Source of the DNA: Macrostomum lignano
Taxonomy: Eukaryota
NCBI GenBank assembly: GCA_002269645.1
Contig: NIVC01001406.1
Location: 231,804-295,803 of the forward strand
Reading direction: 5' to 3'
DNA: 64,000 nt
Below, one piece after another: positions 30,315-42,100 of this stretch; position 1 is the stretch's first letter, and the number at the start of each line of letters is the position of its first letter. Position numbers and translations under genes: made by a program. The notes beneath the pieces are model-generated. The model did no database searches. It was given only the letters and a program-made list of their open reading frames with translations, and was not told where the DNA came from.

Positions 30315-32152
30315 CACTGAGTATTCTTCATTCACTGAATGGGTAGCTGCTTACGCACTGAGGGTCTTCCTCATTCACTGAATGGGTAGTTATTTACGCA
30401 CTGAAGGTCTTCCTCATTCACTGAATGGGTAGCTATTTACGCACTGAGGGTCTTCCTCATTCACTGAATGGGTAGCTGCTTACGCACTGAGGTTCTTCCT
30501 CATTCACTGAATGGGTAGCTGCTTACGCACTATAAGGGTTTTCTCATTCACTGAATGGGTAGTTATTTACGCACTGAAGGTCTTCCTCATTCACTGAATG
30601 GGTAGCTGCTTACGCACTAAGGGTCTTCTCATTCACTGAATGGGTAGCTATTTACGCACTGAAGGTCTTCCTCATTCACTGAATGGGTAGCTATTTACGC
30701 ACTGAGGGTCTTCCTTATTCACTGAATGGGTAGCTATTTACGCACTGAGGGTCTTCCTCATTCACTGAATGGGTAGCTGCTTACGCACTGAGGGTCTTCC
30801 TCATTCACTGAATGGGTAGCTATTTACGCACTGAGGGTCTTCCTCATTCACTGAATGGGTAGCTATTTACGCACTGAGGTTCTTCCTCATTCACTGAATG
30901 GGTAGCTGCTTACGCACTATAAGGGTTTTCTCATTCACTGAATGGGTAGTTATTTACGCACTGAAGGTCTTCCTCATTCACTGAATGGGTAGCTGCTTAC
31001 GCACTAAGGGTCTTCTCATTCACTGAATGGGTAGCTATTTACGCACTGAAGGTCTTCCTCATTCACTGAATGGGTAGCTATTTACGCACTGAGGGTCTTC
31101 CTCATTCACTGAATGGGTAGCTGCTTACGCACTGAGGTTCTTCCTCATTCACTGAATGGGTAGCTGCTTACGCACTATAAGGGTTTTCTCATTCACTGAA
31201 TGGGTAGTTATTTACGCACTGAAGGTCTTCCTCATTCACTGAATGGGTAGCTGCTTACGCACTAAGGGTCTTCTCATTCACTGAATGGGTAGCTATTTAC
31301 GCACTGAAGGTCTTCCTCATTCACTGAATGGGTAGCTATTTACGCACTGAGGGTCTTCCTTATTCACTGAATGGGTAGCTATTTACGCACTGAGGGTCTT
31401 CCTCATTCACTGAATGGGTAGCTGCTTACGCACTGAGGGTCTTCCTCATTCACTGAATGGGTAGCTATTTACGCACTGAGGGTCTTCCTCATTCACTGAA
31501 TGGGTAGCTATTTACGCACTGAGGTTCTTCCTCATTCACTGAATGGGTAGCTGCTTACGCACTATAAGGGTTTTCTCATTCACTGAATGGGTAGTTATTT
31601 ACGCACTGAAGGTCTTCCTCATTCACTGAATGGGTAGCTGCTTACGCACTAAGGGTCTTCTCATTCACTGAATGGGTAGCTATTTACGCACTGAAGGTCT
31701 TCCTCATTCACTGAATGGGTAGCTATTTACGCACTGAGGGTCTTCCTTATTCACTGAATGGGTAGCTATTTACGCACTGAGGGTCTTCCTCATTCACTGA
31801 ATGGGTAGCTGCTTACGCACTGAGGGTCTTCCTCATTCACTGAATGGGTAGCTATTTACGCACTGAGGGTCTTCCTCATTCACTGAATGGGTAGTTATTT
31901 ACGCACTGAGGGTCTTCCTCATTCACTGAATGGGTAGTTATTTACGCACTGAGGGTCTTCCTCATTCACTGAATGGGTAGCTGCTTACGCACTGAGGGTC
32001 TTCTCATTCACTGAATGGGTAGCTGCTTACGCACTGAAGGTCTTCCTCATTCACTGAATGGGTAGCTGCTTACGCACTGAAGGTCTTCCTCATTCACTGA
32101 ATGGGTAGCTGCTTACGCACTGAAGGTCTTCCTCATTCACTGAATGGGTAGC
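30315..32152. repeat. 43-bp satellite array between the MSH6 3' end and UBE2T
   Basis: Unit CATTCACTGAATGGGTAGCTATTTACGCACTGAGGGTCTTCCT, ~43 copies, with higher-order structure. Confidence 0.97.
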
Positions 32153-32817
32153 TGTTTGATATTTAGGTGCGGTTTCAGATCATAACTAAATTGAAGCAAT
32201 CAATGCTGGTCCTCTAGATGTAACCGCTCATATAAAATCTGAAACCAAGACAGAAAATCGTAATGAAAGAACAAAAGCCATTGCCGTCATTCGACTTGCG
32301 TCATCCTTTTATTATTTGTTAGAAAAAAATAACAATAATATTTGTTATCGGCCTAAATGCACAAAGCTTCAACCGGGCATAAAAGACGTAAGCATGAAAA
32401 TGAGATTTTCATTATCCAGTTTGACTGCACACAATTTACTTGTTATATCAAAGAGATGGTAGGTGATTTTGAATGGACACAACACAAAGGAAAAGCTCAG
32501 TTATAGCTGGTAGAGAAACCTTCCTTGAGTCAAACTATAATGTCAGATTGAACTACAATGATAAAAATTGTAAATTGCAAAATAGGATTCGAGCTACAAA
32601 AAGACTTAATAGAATTGGGAAATTCTATCCTTTCGGGCTAGGGGGGGGGAAATAATAAAAAAACTATAGACTATGACAACTGATAGTTTGTCTTCAGTAG
32701 GTTGATGCAACAGACGAACTGTCTGCCGTCTTATAAAAAAACTGTTTGAGAAGAAGCCGCCCGAACAGAGCAGCTTGAGCTTGCTTAGCAGTCAGCGAGG
32801 CTGTCAGCCATTCCCAG

Positions 32818-33077
32818 CTAGCCACTGCGAAAGGCAGCCAAATCGGCCGCCGCGAGGCGCCCGGCTCTGGCGTGCACTAGCAGCTTCACTACGGCCACCT
32901 GTCGCTCCAGCTGGCGGGCCCGGGCCACGGCGCGCCGGACAACATCGGCTGGAAGGCCGGCCAGACGGGCTGCGTTGAAACCGTAGCTTCGGGGGCAGGC
33001 GCCGGGCCGCAGCTTGTACAGAAAAGTGATCGACTCGCTGTCGACGTCCTCTTCGCCCTCGCCGTCGCGCTCCACCT

Positions 33078-33161
<84 letters not shown>

Positions 33162-36100
33162 ACCCATTAAACTATCCTGATTAAATATTAACTTATTTTT
33201 GGGACTAGTAGTAGCACGCTCACGCTGGGCACCAGACAAGAGCAATATGCACTCACCTGGCAGGCCATGTGGCCCAGCTTGACGCGCGGATCACCAATGA
33301 ACTCTTCAACCAGAAAGTGGTAGTGCGTCGAGAACAGGGTGCGGCAGCGGATGGTGTGCGCCAGTTCGCGTACAACACCGTAGGCAACGGCGGTGCCGTC
33401 GTAAGTTGACGTGCCGCGGCCGAGTTCGTCTAGCAGCACCAGCGAGTGTCGGGTGGCGTGGCGCAGTATGGCTGACGTCTCGGACATCTCCACTAGGAAG
33501 GTGCTCTCGCCTGCGAGCAGAAGGATGGAGATGACAACCGCGGATGCAAGTGAAAGCAATAGACAGATAATAATAATTAATAATAATTGATTGCACTTGC
33601 CCTAATGGGCAGATGTGCAACCGACAGCTCAGCCGCAGCTATTGCTCGGCGCATCTGAAGGCTGCGTACGGCTGTTCAGTCCAAGGACTGGGGGGTCGCC
33701 ACACACCCTCAATTACCCCAGCTAATGCTGGCACCAATTTAAAACTGGGTAAACTGAAGCAATGCAGAGTGAAGTGTCTAGCTCAAGGACACAAATTGTT
33801 CCAAGTGGGTCGAGAATCGAACCCCCGACCTTTCAGTCGTGAGTCTGACGCTCTAACGACTAGACTACAATCCTAATAGGCAGAAGTAATTTAATTAGGT
33901 TTTAAAGCTCAATAATTACCTGTCATAATGCGATCCGACGCGCCTAGCCGAGTGAAAATTCTATCGACAGGTGTTAGGGTGCACTCTTCGGCCGGCACGT
34001 AGCAGCCCTGAAGCAATTGTGTAGATTGGATTTGGTTTACATCCAGTTATTCACATTAGATATGGACTTTTAATTGACTTAATGGTACTTTCTGGCTTTG
34101 CACTTTGTTCACTTTACTGAATTTTACCAAGCAAAGTCCAATAAAAGCCCAGTACATTACATTTGATTAAATATCTACCGCCAGCCAACTATGGCAAGAA
34201 AACATCGTGCACGAGTCGGGGTGGGGCTAATTGCCGATGTATTAACCCAGCACCAGACGGCAGAACAGGCCAAATGCGAGCTACTAGCAGCAACAGCAGG
34301 AGCACTAAACTAACCGCTCGATCAGATGCACCCAACAGCATCGCTTTGGAAAAAAAGCTAGGTTATCGCTAGTGGGTGAAATGAATTCAGCAAGATAGGC
34401 GGTAGGCAGGTACAGAGGGGGAAGAGAGAGAGAAATGGAGTGAGCAAGACCGCGGGCTCCACCCATGGATATTTACCCCGCTTTACACTCAATAAATTGA
34501 ATTGAATGCGTATAGAATACAGTCAGTGAAGGGGTTGCACGGGCAACAGGGAATGGAATGGCAAAGGGAAAGGGGAGAAGGGAATGATGGGATTCTGGGT
34601 TGCAAGACAGCATAGGTTGAGACAGAGAGAAGAATCACGAAAAACGGGGGAGGAAAAATGTAAAGATGACTTAGATTCTAGGGCGTGGGGCAGAAGGCTT
34701 TAGTGATGAGGCGGGGAGGAACTGCGGAGCTGGTGAGCAGACGAGAGAGCGAATCGAATCTCAGACCGGATAGAAAGGCAAAATGGGGCGAGGCTCAGAC
34801 AGCAAGATGAGACGGACGCAATGAGTGGGAGGATAAAAGAAATAATCAGCCCGGCAGAGTATTCCCCAGAGCTAAGCGGACGCACTACTGTATAGTGGAA
34901 GTGAACTCCAAGAGAATTGTCTGTTAAATCGGCTGTTTACGCCAAGTTACCTACGTGAAAGGAAGCCATTATTAGCTCTATAGGGGCTTAGCGCAGGTTA
35001 CCGACCCAGCGTGAGATGGGATACCGCATCAACGCGACGCCAAGCAGAGCAGAGCAGCATTAACATGGGCCAGCGGTACTCAAGCTTCACAGGATCTCTG
35101 CCGCATTATACCAGACTGTCGCAGACATCAACCTTGGCGATGTTGCACGACGCCATCGTTGAAGGTGACAGCGAAGTGGCTAATCAGTTAATAGACGCGC
35201 TGCGCGTCGATGGAGGCGCGCGGACGTTCGGTGCAAAGCGTCGCAAAAAAGCACGTCGACAGCAGCAGAGAGAGCAGCAGCAACTGTACTTGGACTACCG
35301 CGGCGAGACCCGATTTGGCATTGAGATTCGGTATTCACAGACAGCCCTAGCTTTGGCTATACAGTTCGGCCAGTGGGATACATTCAAGGATCTGATATTG
35401 TGCGGACTATCGCCAAGGGCGCAGCAGCGCATGCTAGTGCCTGGACACAATGGCCAGTCAAGCACTCGAGACTTTGAGAATGCGTTGGATCTGTTCGTCT
35501 GGGCGTTAACGAAGGTAAGATTTGTAAAAATGATACATCAAATACTAAAAGAATTTCTAACAGCAAAATTTGAATTATCAATACGACCCAACCAGGCGTC
35601 GTACTATCCGCCCTACTTGTCCGAGGAGCAAGTGATCGAACTGACGTGGGTAATTTTGCGCCACGGTGTGTCGCCAGACAGCCTTCCTGGCCAGCTGCTG
35701 CACAGGGTGTGCCAAGCTGCCGTGCTCGACCTAATAGGATCTTCCCTACTCGACATGGAGACCAGCACGGTGCTGCAACGCTCGGCGCTCAGCATCCTGT
35801 GCTGCTTGTTACAGCACGGCATGAACCTGAACGATGGCGCCATTTGTAATTTGCAACCGCTGTACCATCTAGTCCTCTGTTACTTAGCTAATCCTGCAGC
35901 GAGTCTGGCACAGCAGCTGCGTAGCAACAGCAAGCTTCGCTTGGCCCTGTGCATCATAATTAACGCCGCGTGCAATAGCAATACCGGCTTGCCCAGCGTG
36001 ACTGCCGCTGGATTAACAAATCGCAGTTGGAGGAGCACAGCCTCCCTGTGGTATAACTACGCTAAGATGCACGGACAGCAGCGGAAGACAATGCTAGTGG

Positions 36101-39100
36101 ACGAAGAGGACGTGGCCCGAGTACTGCGAGCCCACTGGGCGGTCACGGAGACCTGTGGCGGTCGGCCCGCCCGACTGGCCCTGCTAGCCAGGAACCACAT
36201 CCGCTGGGCACTAATAGCCAAGAATGGCAACGCCGAAACGTACAAAGACTTGTCGACGAGAATGGCTGAACTGCCGGGGCGTTGGCGACTGTGCCGAATG
36301 GTGGAATTCATGGACGAGGAGTTTCTAGCGCCAGAGATTAGTGCCATACTGAGCCGAGTGACGTCCGATAGTGACCAGTTTGCAGCATGCTTGCCGTGAA
36401 ATAAGCCTTAGTTTACACATTATAGATTTCACTTGCTTCTGACTACTTAATTTAGTCAGATCACTTCCGGACATATGGTCTCGACACTCAAGTCAAAAAT
36501 AATACAATCGGCTTTCTTGTATTTGGAAACAAAACTAACTGCGATTACATTGTCTGTCTGTAACTACCAAACTCAAATTCAAATTTTCCAGTTGATACTT
36601 CCGATCACCCCAGATCAAGTTTTTGTACCAGCCGCGTCTCAGTTTCTACTTAGTCGTTAGATTGCAAAATGCACGCATTTTTGGTATCACAATTTAAATG
36701 GAACCGTCACCTGCTACCATATGAATATGCTTATTCAAAAGCTCTGTTTTGTGATATTCAGTTTTTTCACTGTGTATCACGCGGAATTATTTTGAAGGTC
36801 GATTTTGAGAATCGTGTATACTTTATTAGTTGGAAAACTAATGCACTACATGTATCTTGCTGGGGTGCTTTCTATCGGGGGGGGGGTGCTAGATATCTGG
36901 GGTTGCTTGCTCGGGGGAAATTGCTGAGATGTAAAGGCTTACTGAGGGAATTACTGAGATGTAAAGGCTTACTGGGGGAATTGATAAGATGTCAAGGCTT
37001 GGGGGAATTGCTAAGATATAAAGGCTGAGGTTAGAAGCTACAGGTAGTTTATTTAAAAAAATTATTACATTCTTTGCTTGTTCCCCAACGGGGGCCGTAG
37101 ATTGCTAGTAACTTCCTAGAAACAACCGAATCAAAGTATTGTTTTGAAAAAAACGGCCTTCAAAACGGCACCAGAACAACATTGCCAATTTATTGTGCGT
37201 GCTTGTTGCTTATAAGAGCGCCAATCTAAACGATCCCCTCTTTCTACTTATGCTACGACTCAGAGCAATAGGTTTCTTAGTCATGGACCGTATCTTCAGA
37301 GTTTTTTGTTATAAAAATGTGAAATCTTACATTTAAAGTTCTCTGCAGATGAAAACCACTGTCAAAGTGTGTAAGTGGTTCGAGAAAATCTTTACCCAGT
37401 TACCATGGAAACTTAACCGAATAAGTATTTTGTTGAAAACTGAGAAACTCTATTTTGCGAGATTTGATTGCTTTGAGACAATATTTGCTTGAAGCACCGT
37501 TTGCAAAGCAGCAAAGGGAGTATGGGAGGGCAAGATCTTCAAAATGCATTTTATCCCGGTTGCCTTCGACAGCTAGCGAACAAAATATTGGAGCTCAATA
37601 TTTCTAATCACAAAGTACTTCGGTGTCAAAAGCAAGATATTCAAGCATAATGGCTGCAGCTTCGTTTCGTTCTGTCTCTCCGAAATATTCAGACAAGTCG
37701 GACCTTGATGGATCGGGTCCTGCATCAGGGGTGCTAGTTGAGCAAGCAAGACAGGACAGCCGATGTATGCTAAAGTTTGACTCCGGATAATTTTCCAAGC
37801 CAAATAGCTCTTAAATAGCTCATCAGCTCATCTGGGGGGGAAGCGCTTTCTATCATAAACCCGAAATATCATAGACCCGAAATATCATAGACTCGAAATA
37901 TCATAGACCCGAAATATCACAAACACAAAATATCATAACTCCGAAAACCAAAATAGTGTTGGACATTGCTAGAACTTTCTAGTGATATTTCGGGTTTATG
38001 ATGGGCGCTGCTATTAATTTCGGAGTTGTGAATTTTCGGGTTAATGATATTTCGGGTTTGTGATATTTCGGGTTTATGATATTTCGGATTTATGATCGGG
38101 TTTATGATGCGAAGTGCTTTCGGAGTTGTGATTTTTCGGGTTTATGATATTTCGGGTTTGTGATATTTCGGGTTTATGATATTTCGGGTTTATCATAGGG
38201 TTTGTGATATTTCGGGTTTATCATCGGGTTTATGATGGGAATTGCTTTCGGAGTTGTGATTTTTCGGGTTTATGATATTTCGGGTTTGTGATATTTCCGG
38301 TTTATGATATTTCCGGTTTATGATAGGCGTTGCTATTAATTTCAGAGTTGTGATTTTTAGGGTTTATGATGGGCGTTGCTATTAATTTCGGAGTTGTGAT
38401 TTTTCGAGTTTATGATATTTCGGGTTTGTGATATTTCGGGTTTATGATATTTCGGATTTATGATCGGGTTTATGATGCGAAGTGCTTTCGGAGTTGTGAT
38501 TTTTCGGGTTTTGATGGCGACCCGCTCATCTCTATCAGACGCCCAGAGCTTGAGAGCTTGAATCAAGAATAATGATTCAATACCTTCAATACAAAGTCAG
38601 AATCCCCTTAGCAAAGCAGTTAAGCGTTGCTCAACTCAAGCTCAGCGGTACACCCTGTGTGTGAGCGTGTGTCAGCGTATATATCCGTCCGCATGCTCAG
38701 GCCAGCGGGATGAGCACTATATGCCTGGCTTGATTTGCGGCAGTGCATGAAGCCTCACTGCAGACAGACAGTCGCACTCGTTTTTAATAAAATATGACAC
38801 TGCAAAGTTCAAAGTCGACTTTACACTTCTTCAAGTGATCAGGTGGCGAGTGTAGTTTCGTCACGAGAATCCGATGGAAAGAAGATTATCGGAAGGATCG
38901 GACTCTATCCAGGCATTCGCCAGTCGCCAGTCGGCAACGCGTTAATCCGGACAGACACGCTGAAACTTGATCTACTCAAAACTGATTTTTTTGTAGACTA
39001 GCAATGCGACGTCCATAGCTCTGCTTTTGCAGGAAAAAAAACTTTTTAGCTTTTAACATCACACAGAGAGCAGCGCAGGGCTCACGTCAGCTGTCATAAT

Positions 39101-42100
39101 CATATCCGAATCTGGTTGCTCTAATGTCCATTTTGAAGACTTTTGATTTTGCAAAAATCGATATTCAGCAACAGATAAATCCCCCTCTCCAAAGCTGACG
39201 CTGTCACGCGGCACAAAAGTGCAAGCAATGCTTTTAATATCGTTTGTTTCAGTATCGTGTGTAGGAATCACGAGCATGCAAAAGCAGGCATTCAGAAGCA
39301 CCAATCGCAACTGTTCAGCATTCTGCGGGGCAACCACGCTGAACTCTTCGCTTTACGAAGTCGAATCAAGACATGCTTGGTGGGGGTTCATGTCTGGAGA
39401 CTTTGACGGCCTGTTTAAATGTGCGAATTGCTCTGCGCAACCCCCATCCCCTCCATGGTTTCCTTATGCCGCATGCTGCGATGGCATCTAGCGGTGGCAG
39501 CGATTCGCACATTTCTGAATCACCGATGACATGCAGAAATTTTGAGACGTGGCAGTGCAAGTTATGGGGGTTAGCTGTTGCTGGGTAGATTCTTCTTATG
39601 CAAGCCTGAAGAGTCAGCGAAGGGGAAGAGACTGGTTCGCTGCCATCTAAGGAATGCCGCTTATTGCTAGCGAAAAGGGCGTTAACCGCGCAACACAAAG
39701 GGAATCCTAGGTAATTCTAGCTAAATCAGTGCACGCGGACATGAAGTCAAATCATGTTTTAGCCGGCCAGTACGAGCACTTGTGCTGCTTGATTTCTTAG
39801 AATTGAAGTGCGCTTCGGGTAAACAATTGTCTGGAGTCTAATACGGTTGATAATATTAATTCACTAGTTTTAACTGCAATTTTCTAGAGCAACTAGATTA
39901 TTATGCCGGTATAAACGCTCGTACAGTAGGTGATTTATGATTGTTTTACATAGGGAAACTAGCCGGGAACCGAACAGGCCAAACTTCTAAGCTGTTTTCG
40001 ATCTTAAAGGATTTCCTTCTGGCATGGGAGCGGTACGTCTGCCTAAGCCTGCCTAAACTATTGGAAATGCGACTTAACTCAAATCTGCTCTAGTCCTAAA
40101 AGAAAAAATCTTTTAAGTGGCTAAGGAGAAAGGAACAAGACAGATTAGCCCTGACTCTCATTGAGATGTCCAGTCTCATGGAGGGTATTGCTGAGATTTC
40201 AAGGTTCATGGAGGGAATTGCTGAGATTTCCAGTCTCATGGAGGGAATTGCTGAGATATCAAGGTTCATGGAGGGTATTGCTGAGATTTCAAGGTTCATG
40301 GAGGGAATTGCTGAGATTTCCAGTCTCATGGAGGGAATTGCTGAGATATCAAGGTTCATGGAGGGTATTGCTGAGATTTCAAGGTTCATGGAGGGAATTG
40401 CTGAGATTTCCAGTCTCATGGAGGGAATTGCTGAGATATCAAGGTTCATGGAGGGTATTGCTGAGATTTCCAGTCTCATGGAGGGAATTGCTGAGATTTC
40501 AAGGTTCATGGAGGGAATTGCTGAGATTTCCAGTCTCATGGAGGGTATTGCTGAGATTTCCAGTCTCATGGAGGGAATTGCTGAGATTTCAAGGTTCATG
40601 GAGGGAATTGCTGAGATTTCCAGTCTCATGGAGGGTATTGCTGAGATTTCCAGTCTCATGGAGGGAATTGCTGAGATATCAAGGTTCATGGAGGGTATTG
40701 CTGAGATTTCCAGTCTCATGGAGGGAATTGCTGAGATTTCCAGTCTCATGGAGGGAATTGCTGAGATATCAAGGTTCATGGAGGGTATTGCTGAGATTTC
40801 AAGGTTCATGGAGGGAATTGCTGAGATTTCCAGTCTCATGGAGGGAATTGCTGAGATATCAAGGTTCATGGAGGGTATTGCTGAGATTTCCAGTCTCATG
40901 GAGGGAATTGCTGAGATTTCAAGGTTCATGGAGGGAATTGCTGAGATTTCCAGTCTCATGGAGGGTATTGCTGAGATTTCAAGGTTCATGGAGGGAATTG
41001 CTGAGATTTCCAGTCTCATGGAGGGAATTGCTGAGATGTCAAGGCTCATGGAGGGTATTGCTTAGATTTCAAGGTTCATGGAGGGAATTGCTGAGATTTC
41101 CAGTCTCATGGAGGGAATTGCTGAGATGTCAAGGCTCATAGGGGGATGCCGATATATTAGGCTAGATTGCTGGCTTTCAAGGCGGATGCTGTCTAATAAA
41201 GAAATGAACAATAGAGACAGCAAAAAATGTCAAAGATCATCAAAGCTTGAATGCAGTTCATTCTGAAAAATGTATCTTCCTTTGTATTTGTAGCCTCCCC
41301 AAACTGGCTGCGCAGATTTCTAGTAAATACTAACAGTAGGTGCGATTGCCTATCATAATTTGTTCTTCTGAGAAAATTAGGAACTTTGTGTGTGTGCCCG
41401 CCTTTTTAATTTTAACTAAACCTAGAAAATTCCAGAAGTTGATAACAATAATAATAATTGATAATAATTAATTACACCTGCCCTAATAGGCAGATGTGCA
41501 ACCAACAGCTCAGCCAGAGCTATTGCGCGGCGCATCTGGCACCCATTTTACAACTGGGCGAACTGAAGCAATGCAGAGTTAAGTGTCTTATTCAAGGACA
41601 CACATCGCTCCAATGGTATTGGGAATCGAACCCCCGACCTTCAAGTCGCGAGTCCGACGCTCTAACCCCTAGGCTACAGCCCCCTTCTGCGCAGCGGATA
41701 ATATAGCAAAAACGAACTCACCAGCTGCGCCAGCACTACAATAAGCGCCACCTGCCGCATCAGAGTGCTCTTGCCGCCCATATTCGGCCCGGTAACTAGC
41801 ACAAACGGGGCGCCACTGGGATCGTCCGATCCGGCCGGCTTACCAAGCGACGTATCGTTCGGGATGTAGCCGCCAGCGCTGAATGTGCGCGACACGAATG
41901 GGTGCCGGCCCTGACGTATGGTCAGGAAAGGCTGCGCGGAGAGATATAGAAAAGGTACATGTAAGTACACAGTAAGTGCATTAGCGAACTACACTTAACT
42001 ACACACCCTCCAGAGTCCAACAATGGGCCGCCGCTACCCTCCAGAGTCCAACAATGGGCCGCCGCTACCCTCCAGAGTCCAACAATGGGCCGCCGCTACC

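Noticed and set aside
30315-32152. CRISPR-like appearance of regular ~43-bp repeats (also the 7150, 42003 and 47800 arrays)
   Set aside because: The units are contiguous with no unique spacers, there are no cas genes, and the context is a spliced eukaryotic locus.
32889-33245. Poly-Leu ORF
   Set aside because: Translation of the (CTA)n microsatellite overlapping MSH6 exon 14 in another frame.
38980-39700. Several overlapping 70-110-aa ORFs in MSH6 intron 11
   Set aside because: No recognisable motif, no consistent splice or phase structure; probably decayed TE sequence.
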